From: Mobula hypostoma
Lineage: Eukaryota
DNA length: 64,000 bases
Assembly: GCF_963921235.1 (NCBI RefSeq)
Contig: NC_086097.1
Location: 222,582,001 to 222,646,000, forward strand
Direction of reading: 5' to 3'
The translations under genes were made by a program, and so were the position numbers. How positions within the stretch are numbered: the stretch's first letter is position 1; each line of letters opens with the position of its first letter. This document shows, in pieces, positions 24,601-36,592 of this stretch. The notes under the pieces were generated by a model, which worked only from the letters and a program-made list of their open reading frames with translations, had not been told where the DNA came from and did no database searches.

Positions 24601-25045
24601 ACCCGGGAGGCAACACACCATCCTGGTGTTTCTTTCGCAGCCACAGAATCCCCTGTCCATATCCCAAACTATCGAGCCCCTATCAATATTGCTCTGCCTG
24701 GCTTTACCCTTCCCTGCTGAGCCTCAGAGCCAGCCACAATGCCACCGGCCTGGCTGTTGCTGCTGTTCCCTGATAGGTTATCTTCCCAGCAGTATCCAAA
24801 AGGCTATACTTGTTGCTGAGGGAAATGGCCACAGGGGAAATCTGCTCACTACTGACTCCCTTACTTCCCTTGGTGGTCACTCATCTATCTGAAGCTTGTA
24901 CTTTAGGCATGACCACCCCAAATAAGGTTTTTAGCACCCCGGATGGTCCTGAGTACATCCAGTTCCAGCTCCATTTCCTTGACCCTGTCAATCAGGAGCT
25001 GAAGTTGGATGCACTTTCTGCAGATGTAGTCATCATGGAGACTGT
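21700..25045 (-). mobile_element. Composite of degraded CR1 LINEs: ORF2 N-terminal part (21700-22720), nested 3' fragment (22730-23970), ORF1 esterase (24200-25045)
   Basis: IKENPKAFYTYIRSKR..LNEYFTSVF (21547-21885); VQNRFTRML and GDLIEVYKIM (22916-23298); LKTRTSKIVISGLLPVP..NEWLRNWC..GFRFLDHW (24266-24493). Confidence 0.85.
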
Positions 25046-26202
25046 TAGGTACTGCAGTGTACATAGTTCTCTATTAAGGTAACAATCGTAACTTCAAACT
25101 GTCTGTTATAATGTTAATAAGAAGACTTTCTCCACTCCAGGACTCCCTTTACATTTACAAATGCTCTTTTTCTTAACCCCAAAGTTAACCTTTTTTATTT
25201 TGGTTCTTAACCTATTTTCCTGTTACTATCTTTAAACTTAATCTCCCTAAGTGAAGATTTCCTCTGTGGGCTACTTATAACAAAATCATTAATGCTTCTT
25301 TATATATGAACTCTTTTCCACCATCTGTAGTCACTTCAGTTGTCTATTCAGCTTTCACACTACTTGCAGAGTGCCTCTAAAATCTGAGACTGGTCCCAGA
25401 CCAGAGAAGATTAAGATCTAATAAATATTTCTCATCTCCCTGGAGATTATGTGGATTACCATCAAGAATTTTTTACGTGCATGTCAGTGTGCAACAAAGA
25501 AACAACGATCAGAAAACATTAATCCTTCAAGATTGGTGATTTTTCAATTCCGAGAACCCTGTTGTCTTTCATGTGTAAATAAATAAACAGTTCTGTGATT
25601 AAAAATAACAGAAATATCCTCTTTAATGTCAGGATCAACATATTTCAGTGGAAGGAAATTTAGCCAAGTTTGGTTATATTTATAGTGGATGTCACTATAT
25701 TATAAAGTGCCTAATAGTTGAGCGATAATTTGCATTAGCACAAGAAATCATGCTCTGTTGAGTCATAAAGCTGATGTGGGAAATTTGAGCAATAAGGTTA
25801 AAAAGTGCAGACAAAAATCTGGCAATTGATTATTGATAAACGTGCATTGATTTTCTATTCCTCCTACTACCGAGGAATATGCCAAGAGCAATAATTGGGT
25901 GCATTGCATAGAACTTTAAGTTTAGAATGTAGAACAGTATAGCACAGTACCAGTTCTTCGGCCCACAATGTTGTGCCGACTCTTTAATTTTAATCTACTC
26001 CAAGATCAATCTAATTCTTCCCTCCCACAAAGTCCTTCCTCTTTCTTTCAGCGTATGTCTATCTAAGAGTTTCTTAAATGTCCCAAATGTATCTGCCTCA
26101 GCCTCCAGCCCTGGCAGCAGCTACCACTTTCTGTGCAAAAAGACCTGCCTCTGACATCCCTGCTATACTTTCCTCCCAACACCTGAAACTTATGCCCCTC
26201 TT

Positions 26203-28963
26203 CATTATCATCATTAAATGCCATGTCATATGATGTGGGCCATCATTGTCTCCATGACCATGATTGTTCCTGACAAATTTTTCTACAGAATTGGTTTTCC
26301 ATTGCCTTCTTCTGGGCAGTGTCTTTACAAGACAGGTGACTCCGGCCATTGTCAATACTCTTCAGAGATTGTCTGCCTGGTGTCAGTGCTTGCATAACCA
26401 GGACCTGCGATATGCACCAGCTGCTCATACAACCATCCACCATCTATTATCATGGTTTCATTCCCATGACTCTTCTGGTCAAGATGGAGCCTGCGCACAA
26501 TACTCCTTTGGTCAACATCTTCTGGATAGATCATGAAACCATCTTTTTCATTTGTTTCTTGTTTTGGATGTGATCTGGAACTGTTGGAGCATGTGTTTTT
26601 CTGTTTGGAGATTGTTTGGCAGCTTCAGCGTTCTGCAGTCCCCAAGGGGCGGCAGAGGCAGCATTAGCAAACCTCAGGGTGAGAAGGCTGCAGGATGGTA
26701 TGCAAGTCAAAGTTTGACTCCATTTCGCCAATTAAAGCTTCCATTGTTTGCCAATTAAAGTGACAAGGGCGATTCAAGTATTAAGGCGAGTGCAGAAGCT
26801 TGAAGACCATTTGGATGTTCCAGCACTCTGCAGTCTCCATTTCAAACAGGAATCTATCAACTTCCACTTTAAATATACCCACGGATTTGGCCTTAACCGC
26901 AGTCTGTGGCAGAGCATTCCACAGGTTCACCACTCTTTGGCTAAAAAAAGTCCTCTTTACTTCTGTTCTATAAGGTTGCCCCTCAGTTTTGAGGGTGTGC
27001 CCTCCAGTTCTGGATAGATGAAATATCCTCTCCACATTCTCCTTATCTAGTCCTTTCAACATTCAGTAGGTTTCAAAGTGATCCCCATGCATTCTTCTAA
27101 ATTCCAGTGAGTACAGGCCCAAAGTTGCCAAACACACTTCATACGTTAACTCCTTCATTCCTGGAATCATCCTCGAGAACCTTCTCTAGACTTTGTCCAA
27201 TGACAATACATCCTTTCTGAAATAAGGGGCCCAAAACTATACATAATACTCCAAGTGTAGCCTGACTAGTGTTTTATAAATCTTCAGCATTATCTCCTTG
27301 TTTTTATATTCTACTTCCCTTGAAATAAATGCCAACATTGCATTTGCCTTCCTCACCATAGACTCAACCTGTAAATTAACCTTCTGGGAGTCTTGCACGA
27401 GGACTCCTAAGTCCCTTTGCACCTCTGATGTTTGAATTTTCTCCCCAATTACATAATAGTCTGCACTATTGTTCCTTTTACCAAAATGCATTTTCATATA
27501 TTTCCCAACATTGTACTCCATCTGTCACTTTTTTTGCCATCTCTTCCAATTTGTCTAAGTCCTGCTGCAATCACATTGCCTTGTCAGCACTCCCTACCCT
27601 TCTATCTATCTTCATATCATCCGCAAACTTTACCATAAAGCCATCAATTCTGTTATCCAAATTATTGAGAAACAATGTGAAAAGTAGCAGTCCCAATACT
27701 GACCCCTAATGAGGAACACCACTAGTCACAGGCAGCCAACCAGAAAAGGCCTCCTTTATTCCCACTCGCTGCCTCCTGCCTGTCAGTCATTCCTCTATCC
27801 ATGCCAGTATATTTCTTGTAATGCCACAGGATTTTATCTTGTTAAGCAGCTTCATGTGAGGCACCTTATCAAATGCCTTCTGAAAATCTATGTAACTGAC
27901 ATCTACTGCCTCCCCTTTGTCCACCCTGCTTGTTACTTCTTCGAAGAATTCTAAAAGGTTTGTCAGGCAGGATTTCCCTTTACAGAAATCATGCTGACTT
28001 TGACTTATTTTATCATTAGTCTCCAAGTACCCCAAAACCTTGTCCTTAATAATGGAATCCAACACTTTTCCAAACCCTGAGGTTAGGCTAACTGGCCTAT
28101 AATTTCCTCTCTTTTGTCTTCCTCCCTTTTTAACGAGTGGTGCAACATTTGCAATTTTCCAGTCCTCTGGGACCATGGCAGAATCAAGTGATTCTTGAAA
28201 GATCATTACCAATGCATCCATTATCTCTTCAGCAACCTCTCTCAGGACTCTGGAAATGTAGTCCATCTGGTCCAGCTGACATCCACCTTAAGACTTTTCA
28301 CTCTGCCTAGCACGTTTACCTTTGTAATAGCAATGGCACTCATGGACCCCTGACATACAGCTAACGTCTTCCACAGTAAAGACTGAAGTAAAGTACTTAT
28401 TAGGTTCATGTGCCATTTCTTTGTCCCCTACTACCTCACCAACGTCATTTTCCAGTGGTCCAATATCAACTCTCACCTCCTGTTTATTCTTTATGTAACT
28501 GGAAAAAAACCTTTAGTATCCTGCTTTATATTATCGGCTAGTTTGCCCTCATATTTCCCTTCTATGGCTTTTTTAGTTGCCTTTTGTTGGGTTTTAAAAA
28601 CTTCCCAATCATCCAGCTTCCCACTCACGTTTGCTACATTACATGGGTTGATGTGTCTGTTCCATTTTTGCTCATTTTTTTTGCGGGGAGGTGGGATCTG
28701 TGTATTGATGATCATGCTGTCTTTCTTTTCTGTCTTGGCTTCTTGGCCACCCAGAGAACTGACGAATATCAAAGTTGTATACATTGATAAAAAAGGAACC
28801 TTTGAATCTTCATGTGACCCTGATCGGTGGGGAGTGGAGGGTGGGGGTGGTGTTGGAACGGGTGGGTTAAGCAAGGGCTACACCTTGGCCAAGGGTGACC
28901 TCAGGCTAGTGCAGGAAAGAAGCACCTTACACCCCCTTTGGTAGAGGTGTTTCTCTAGCTCAT
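26203..28963 (-). mobile_element. RTE-type non-autonomous element split in two (26203-26461 and 28809-28963)
   Basis: The halves together match the intact copy at 48342-48706 and break at the shared ttcat; minus strand carries GAAGAAGGCAATGGAAAACCA (RTE 5'-UTR-like) and an (ATG)n-type tail. Confidence 0.75.
26845..28640 (-). mobile_element. Degraded CR1 LINE (RT region), innermost nested element
   Basis: ORF 27787-28266 PEDWKIANVAPL..NYRPVSLTS..KSCLTNLLEFFE..DFQKAFDKVPH; ORFs 27237-27521 and 26781-27062. Confidence 0.93.
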
Positions 28964-29654
28964 CCTCTTATATTAGCTATTTCTGCCCTGAGAATAAGTC
29001 TGGAGCTGTCACTCAGTCTATGTCTTATATCATCTTTTACACTTCTATCAAGTCACCTCTTATCTTCCTTCTCTCCATAGAGAAAAGCATTAGCTTGCAC
29101 AACCTACTCTCATAAGATATATTTTCTAATACCGACATCATTCTGATAAATCTCCTTTGTACCCTCTCTAAAGCTTTCCATAATGAGGCAATGAGTACTG
29201 AACACAATATTCCAAATGTGGTCTAATCCGAGTATCATAGAGCTGTAACATTACTTCACAGCTCTTGAACTCAGTCCCACGACTAATGAAGCCAATATAC
29301 CATGCGCCTCCTTAACTACTTTATCAACTTGCACTGCAACTTTGAGAGATCTATCGGTGTGAACCCCAAGATCCCTCTGTATCACTGTTAAGAATCCTGC
29401 CATTAACCCTGTGTTCTCCAAGTTCGACCTACTGAAGTGAATCCCTTCACTCTTTCCTGGATTGAACAACATCTGGAGTTGTACATTGTGCAACTTCAGC
29501 AAATATCCCTGTTTGTAACATTATGATGGAGGAAAGTCATTGATAAAGCAGCTGAAATTGGTTTGACCCAGAATTCTGCTCCAAAAAATTCCTACACTGA
29601 TGGCCTGGCGATAACTGATTAACGTTCAAGAACCACAACAATCTTATTTCTTGC

Positions 29655-30056
29655 TGCCTCGGTAAAGCAGCCAGTATAATCAGAGACCCCACCCATCCCA
29701 GATATTCTCTCTTCTCTCTTCCATCGGGAAGATACTAAAGCCTACAAGCACTTACAACCAGGCTCAAGGACAGCTTCTACCCTGATGTTATAAGGCTATT
29801 AAATAGGCCCTTAGATAATAAATTGGACTCTTGATTTCATAATTCACCTCATTATCATTTTGCACCTTATTGTTTACCTGCACCATACTTTCTCTGTAGA
29901 CATTACACTTTATGTACTGTACATTTTTATTGTTTTACTTTATCCTACTCTATTTCAGTGCAATGTGTAACGATCTGATCTATATGAACAGTATGCAAGA
30001 AAAGCTTTTCACTATATCTCGTTAAATGTGACAATAGCAAATCAATCCAATTCCAA
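29655..30056 (+). mobile_element. Rex1/Babar 3' fragment
   Basis: KAASIIRDP.HP and TTRLKDSFYP.VIRLLN motifs; 3' UTR shared with 13670-13840 and the antisense copy near 59150. Confidence 0.75.
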
Positions 30057-30459
30057 TTTTGTAATGTACGACTTAGCCACTGGAGTATTTAACCTTTAAT
30101 GCCTGTGGACTTCTATTTCACCAAGGCTCCTTGAGGCCACACTCTGTCAAGTGCTGCTTTGATGTCAAAGACAATCTTCTTGGAATTAAGCTCTTAAATG
30201 AAGGCTTAGACTAAGACTGAGATGAGATCTGAAGATGAATGGTCTGGTTGAATTCCAAGGCATCAGGGAGTAGGTTATTTGTGAGTAAGTACTGTTTGAT
30301 AACACTTTACTATTAATTGAGAGCAGTCAGATTGGGAGGTAATTGGCCTGATTGAATTTGACCTTTTTTTGTGAATGAGGCATAACTGGACAATTTTCCG
30401 CATTGTTCACATAGGTGCCGGTGTTATAATGATGCTGGAATATCTTGGCTAAAAACTTA

Positions 30460-30663
30460 AACACGAGGAAAACTGCAGATGCTGGAATTTCAAGCAACAC
30501 ACATAAAAGTTGCTGGTCAACGCAGCAGGCCAGGCAGCATCTCAGGAAGAGGTACAGTCAGGGTCCCGACGAAGGGTCTCGGCCCGAAATGTTGACTGTA
30601 CCTCTTCCTATAGGTGCTGCCTGGCCTGCTGCATTCACCAGCAAATTTTACATGTGTTGCTTG
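30460..30663. mobile_element. Penelope-derived fold-back unit with hammerhead motif in the loop
   Basis: ~70-bp inverted arms (30491-30560 / 30592-30663) around gtcccgacgaagggtctcggcccgaaatgttgac; flanking direct repeat cttggctaaaaactta (30444-30459) / cttggctgaaagctta (30660-30675). Confidence 0.88.
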
Positions 30664-31334
30664 GCTGAAAGCTTATCTGGTTCAGGAGCACAGCTGTCCA
30701 ATACCACAGCAGGTATATTGTCTAGTCCCATAATCTTAGCAGTATCCTATACGCTCAGCTATTTCCTCTTATTATAAGGAATTTCAAGTTGGCTAGAAAC
30801 AAATTGATCTTATGGTGGGGATCTCAAGAGAAAATTGTTTCTTTATCTCTGGCTGAATACAGTTGAAAATGCTTTAGCCATTTCTTTAGCAATCCCTCCA
30901 TGATGGCTCCTGCCATAGCTGAATACAGAGATGTTGTTGAAACCTGCTGCTCCTATTAGTGTTTGGTTTTCCACTTGTCCTTGAAAGTTAGATACAGTAG
31001 GATCACAACCCTTTGATCTGACCCATTTGCCACATCTATTCCATAATGTGGTTTATTCTTCAAGACTCACATCTCATCATTTCAATATGCCTGCTTCTAC
31101 CCCCAGCAAGCTCTTCTGCATTCTGCTTGATTCAGTGGCTTTATAGGAACAGTAGATTGAAGGATATGGTGGGTCATGATTCTACACGTTGTGGTAGTGT
31201 ACATTTCTACTGCTGCTGATAGCCCACAGTGTCTTGCATGCTCAGTGTGAAGCTGCAGATCTGTTTTAAGTTTATACCATTGAACAAGACCGTAACACCA
31301 CGGAAGGCTCTGGAGGGTATCTTATCTAAATACT

Positions 31335-32481
31335 TGTCACGGTGTGCGCTGACACACGACTGAATCCGGTTGCAGAGGAACAACAAATTCCCTTGCTCAG
31401 ACAGAAATAAGAGTTTATTCATCAGAACGCCAACTGAGCTTCGGTAGTTTAACCAAGCAACAGCATGAGACAAATCATTCTCGAATCAGTTATACACACA
31501 AGGACCCCATGATAAGTGCCAATTGAAAGTCTACTTTAAATAATCACAATGGGCTGAAAACTATACCAGTCAAAATAAACCTGACAAGATTAAACACAAA
31601 GCACAAGTGCTTAACGACTCTAGATATGACGATTATTAACAAATACAGGTGCAAGGCCGGCAGAACTTATGACAGTACCTCCCTCCCTAAGGCTGGCACC
31701 TGATGGCCCAAGAAGTCCTGGGGAGCTCAAGATAGGGCTGGTAAATTTGAAGCAGACTTGATACCTTCAAGACAGGGCTGATAAAATTGAAACAGACCTG
31801 ATACTTTCAAGACAGGGCTGATAAATTCAAAACAGACCTGATGCTCTTGAAACAAGGCTGGTAAATTTGGGAACATTGCATATAACTCAGGAACATTGCC
31901 TATGACTCAGGAACATAGCATATAACTTGGAAATATTGTATATAACTCAGGAACATTGCACACAAATTGGGAACATTGCATATAACTCAGGAACATAGCA
32001 TACAACTGGGGAACATTGCATATAACTCAGGAACATAGAATCAAACTCGGGAACATAGCATCAACCTCAGAAACCTGGAATAGTTCTCAGAAACCAGGAG
32101 GGTCATGGGAGGTTCAGGAAACCTTGACAAACTTTAACGTAGACAAGAGAAGCTCGGAACATGGACCCGAGAAACTCGAAACGTAGCCCTCAGAAACTTG
32201 GAATATAGCCTCTGGACAATTACTGAGAATAGAAGGCACTCTCACCTCCAGCCAACCGATGTCCACACCACTGTTGAACATCCACTAAGTCCATTTATGG
32301 TGTGGAGTTCTTTATCACGGTGTGTGCTGACACACAACTGAACCCAGTTGCAGAGGAACAACAAACTCCCATGTTCAGACAGAAATAAGAGTTTATTCAT
32401 CGGCCCTCCAACTGAGTGTCGGTAGCTTGACTGAGAAGACGATTAACAAATACAGCTGCAAGGCTGGTAGAGCTCATGACA
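31335..32481 (-). mobile_element. Non-autonomous LTR retrotransposon (TRIM-like, 1147 bp) with internal tandem array
   Basis: LTRs 31335-31674 (TGTCAC...ATGACA) and 32313-32481 (TATCAC...ATGACA, ~170 bp shorter); perfect TSD ATACT (31330-31334 / 32482-32486); minus-strand PPT AGGGAGGGAGGTAC at 31675-31688. Confidence 0.92.
31727..32086. repeat. 18 x 20-bp tandem array in two sequence types
   Basis: 7 alternating units tcaagacagggctgataaaa / ttgaaacagacctgatactt, then about 11 units of t(c/t)(a/g)ggaacattgcatataac; no indels in phase. Confidence 0.93.
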
Positions 32482-32719
32482 ATACTGTCATTGTCATGTT
32501 CACCAATCTATTATATCCTGATATGCAATCATTTTCTTTTAAACTCAACTCACTTGCTCTCAGGCCAGACCAGGATGGCAAACCAATTGATATGTTGGTA
32601 GTGGCAACAAAAAGACAATGGAAAAGAGGAAATGACATTGCCTATTTAAAAATATCATACGAGCAGTTTCCAATTAGATTTAGAATCAAAAGCAACTGTT
32701 TTAGTTTTAGTTTTTATTT

Positions 32720-32950
32720 AGAACAGGCTCTGTTGGCCCACCAGGCATCACAGCAATTTAACCCTACCCTAAACACAGGACAATTTACAATGACAAATTA
32801 AGCTACTAACCAGTGTATCTTTGGAATATGGGAGGAAACCCACACTCACACGGGAAGGAACATGCAAACTTGCTGACAGAGAACAGTGGAATTGAACTCT
32901 GAATTCTGATGCCCCAAGCTATAATAGTGTCATGCTAACCGCTACACTAC
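32720..32950 (-). mobile_element. SINE fragment (tRNA head and conserved core); related pieces at ~18160-18312 and 50395-50490
   Basis: Shared core tctttgga(a/c)t(a/g)tgggaggaaacc; antisense Pol III boxes (ggaattgaac; gctaaccgctacactacc). Confidence 0.65.
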
Positions 32951-33129
32951 CATCTATTTATAATTTATTTATCATAAATAAAGAAAGAAATAAACTGTTA
33001 CTGGAGTTTTACCAAATTACTAACAACATTCACATCTCTATAACACAAGGTTTGGATAAGTACATGGATGGGAAGGTTATCGAGGGCTATTGTCCAGGTG
33101 CAGGTCAATGGGGCTAGGCAGAATCATAG

Positions 33130-35402
33130 GCAGCTATTCTGAATTGGATGTTGTGTAATAAACCGGATTTGATTAAGGAGCTTAAGGTAAAGGAATCCGT
33201 AGGAAACAGTGATCATAATATGATAGAATTCACCCCACAATTTGAGAAGGAGAAGCTGAAGTCAGATGTATCACTATTACAGTGGAGTAAAGGGAATTAC
33301 AGAGGCTTGAGAGAGGAGTTGGCCAAAGTTGATTGGAAGGGGACACTAACAAAGATGAAGGCAAAGCAGCAATGGCAGAAGTTTCTGGAAGCAGTCTGGA
33401 AGGTTCAGGATAGATGAATCCCAAAGAAGAAGAAGTATTCTAAGGCAGGATGATGCAAGATAGCTAAAGAGGGTAGTCAAAGCCAATATAAAAGCAAAAG
33501 AGAAAGCATATCATAGAGCAAAATTTAGTGGAAATTAGAGGATTGGGAAACTTTTAAAAATCAATAGAAGGCAACTAAAAAAACATAAGAAGCAAAAAGA
33601 TGAAATATGAAGGTAAACTAGCCAATAATATCAAAGATTATATAAAAAAATTTCAGATATATATAGAGTAAAAGAGAGGCAAGAGTAGATAATAGAATGC
33701 TGGAAAATGATTCTAGAGAGCAAGTAATGGGGGACAAGGAAATGCGGATGAACTGAATAAGTATTTTGCATCAGTCATCACTGTAGGACACTAGCAGTAT
33801 AGTGGAAGTTCTAGAGTATCAGAGGGCAGAAGTGTCTGAAGTTGCCATTACTAGGGAGAAGATGCTAGGGAACCTGAAAGATCTGAAGGTAGATAAGTCA
33901 CCTGCACCAGAGTTCTACATTGCAAAGTTCTGAAAGAGGTACTGAAGAGATTGTGGAGGCAGTAGTAATGATCATTCAAGAATCAATGTATTCTGGCATG
34001 GTTCCAGAGGACTGGAAAATTGCAAATGGGGAAAGACAGAAGAAAGAAAATTATAGGCCAGTTAGCCTGACCTCAGTGGTTGGGAAGGTGTTGGAGTTAA
34101 TTGTTAAGGATGTGGTTTTGGGGTATTTGAAGGCACCTGATAAAAATGGGCCAAAGTCAGCACATTTCCTTGAAGGAAAATCTTGCCTGACAAATCTGTT
34201 GGAATTCTTTGAGGAAGTAACAAGCAGGATAGGCAAAAGAGAATTGATGAATGTTGTGTACTTGGATTTTCAAAAAGCAGTTGACAAGGTGCCACACATG
34301 AGGCTGCTTTGCAAGATAAGAGCCCATGGTACTACAGGAAAGATACTAGCATAGACAGAGCATTGGCTCACTGGCAGGAGGCAAATAATGGGAATAAAGC
34401 AAATCTTTTCTGATTGGCTGCCAGTGACTAGTGGTGTTCTGCAGCAGTCGGTGTTGGGATGACGGAGGATTTGGATGATTGGATTGATGGCTTTGTAGCC
34501 AAGTTTGTGGGTGACACAAAGATAGGTGGAGGGGCTGGTAGTGATGAGGAAGCAGGGAGGCTGCAGAAGGACTTAGACAGATTAGAAGAATGGGCAAAGG
34601 AATGGTAAATGGAGTACAGTGTCAGGAAGTGTTTGGTAGAAGGAATAAAAGCATAGAGTGTTTTCTAAACAGGGAGAAAATTCAAAAATCTGAGGTGCAA
34701 AGGAACTTGGGAGTCCTCATGCAGGATTCCCTAAAGATTCATTTTCAGGTTGAGTTGGTGATGATCTAGGCAAATGCAATGTTAGCATTCATTTCGAGAG
34801 GACTAGAATACAAAAGCAAGAATGTAATGCTGAAATTTTGTAAGACACTGGTGAGGCCTCACTTTGAGTAATGTAAGAAGTTTTCTGTCCCTTATTTAAG
34901 AAAGGATGTGCTGACATTGGAGAGGGTTCAGAGGAGGTTTACGGGAATGATTCCAGGAATAAAAGGCTTGTCATATGAAGAGTGATCGATGGCTCTGGGC
35001 CTGTACTCATTGGAATTTAGAAGAATGAGGGGAGATCTCATTGAAACCTTTTGAACATTGAAAGGCCTAGATAGAGAGAATGTTTCCTATGGTAGGTTAG
35101 TCCAGGACCAGAGGGCACAGTCTCAGAATGGAGGGACGTCCATTTAGAACAGAGATAAGGAAGAATTTCTTTAGCCAGAGGGTGAATCTGTGGAAATCAT
35201 TGCCATAGGCAGCTGTGGAGGCCAGGCTATTGGAAATATTTAAGGCAGAGATTGATAGGTTCTTGATTAGTCAGGCCTTGAAAGGTTACAGGGAGAAGGC
35301 AGAAGAATGGAGTTGAGAGCAAATTGGATCAGCTGTAATGAAATGGCAGAATAGACTCGGTGGGCCGAGTGGCCTAATTCTACTCCTATGGCTTATGGTC
35401 AT
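33130..35402 (+). mobile_element. Degraded ~2.3-kb CR1 LINE (endonuclease end to 3' tail)
   Basis: GNSDHNMIEF (33148-33417); PEDWKIAN..NYRPVSLTS..YLDFQKAVDKVPH (33920-34354); 3' gggccgagtggcctaattctactcctatg. Confidence 0.93.
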
Positions 35403-36099
35403 AAGTGTAATTATAGTTTGGCACAGACTATATGTGATGAAGGGCCTGTTTCTATGCTGGAGTACTCCATGTCTATAATTCTATTCCGTTAACCTGTTAA
35501 TGTAATGATCATGGTAATGCTTACAGTTTTCAAAAACATTTCTGAAAAAGTACTGGTAGTTTGTGGTTCAGGTAGTTTTGTTAAGTAGTTGAAGATATTT
35601 AAAAATATTTTCAAGTTTGAAACCATCATAGAGGCTGGTTTAATCTACAGTAGTTCAGTAGCGTAGGTCAGAGTATCACCAAAGGTTCCAAGTTTCAAAA
35701 TTTATTTTATTATCAAACTATGTATGCAGAATGCAACTTTGAGGCTTGACTTCTCCAGATAGCCATAAAATGCAGAAAACCATCGTAGTTGAAAGAAAGA
35801 CATCAATCCCCGCCGCACGAAAAGAAAAGTAAGCAAAAACTCACAAACCTCCATCCCTCCCTCACACAAAAATTAACAGAACACCCAAACCCCCAGCCCA
35901 CCAACCGGCAACAAGAAAGAATGGGCAAGAACATGAAAGAAACATAGATCTGAAAGACACCAATATGAACTAGGGTCCAATACATAAATCTTGGAATTGT
36001 GATAACATCTCCGAGAGCATTGGAGCCCAGCTGCCCCTCCAACGGCAGCAACTCGAACCAGTGGCCCCTCCAAGGACAGTGACTTGAATCAGTGGCCCC

Positions 36100-36592
36100 T
36101 CCTAGGGGAGGGTATGGGAATAGAGAAGCAGTGGGGAAGGGCCCATTACCAGAAGTTTGAGAAATCGAAGTTCTTGCCATCAGGTTGGAGGCGAACTCCC
36201 ATCCCTTTTTCCCTCTCTCATCTTATCTCCTTGCCTACCCATCACCTCCCTCTGGTGCTCCTCCCCCTTTTTCTTTCTTCCATGGCCTTCTGTCCTCTCC
36301 TATCAGATTCCCCCTTCTCCAGTCCTGTATCTCTTTTACCAATCAACTTCCCTGCTCTTTACTTCACCTCTCTGCCCTCCCAGTTTCATCTTTCACCTTG
36401 TGTTTCTTCCTCCCCTCTCCCACTTTCTAACTTTGACTCCTCATCTTTTTTTCTCCAGTCCTGCTGAAGGGGCTCTGTCCAAAATGTCGACTGTACTCTT
36501 TTCCATAGATGCTGCCGGTTCTGCTGAGTTCCTCTAGCATTTTGTGTGTGTTGCTTGAATTTTCAGCATCTGCAGGTTTTCTCTTGTTTGTG
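36100..36592 (+). mobile_element. Penelope-like 3' fragment with a short inverted 5' piece
   Basis: 36100-36195 is antisense to the GIY-YIG C-terminus (compare 10875-10950); pyrimidine-rich UTR; ccagtcctgctgaaggggctctgtccaaaatgtcgactgt at ~36455. Confidence 0.75.

Larger units (their letters stand above)
25923..29480 (-). mobile_element. Outer CR1 3' fragment (25923-26202 plus 28964-29480) hosting three nested insertions
   Basis: CR1 sequence tatgcccctctt resumes as cctcttatattagctatttctgccctg at 28964; CCTCTT is duplicated on both sides. Confidence 0.75.

Noticed and set aside
31727..32086. CRISPR-like array
   Set aside because: Units are contiguous with no unique spacers, there are no cas genes, and the array lies inside an LTR element in eukaryotic DNA.
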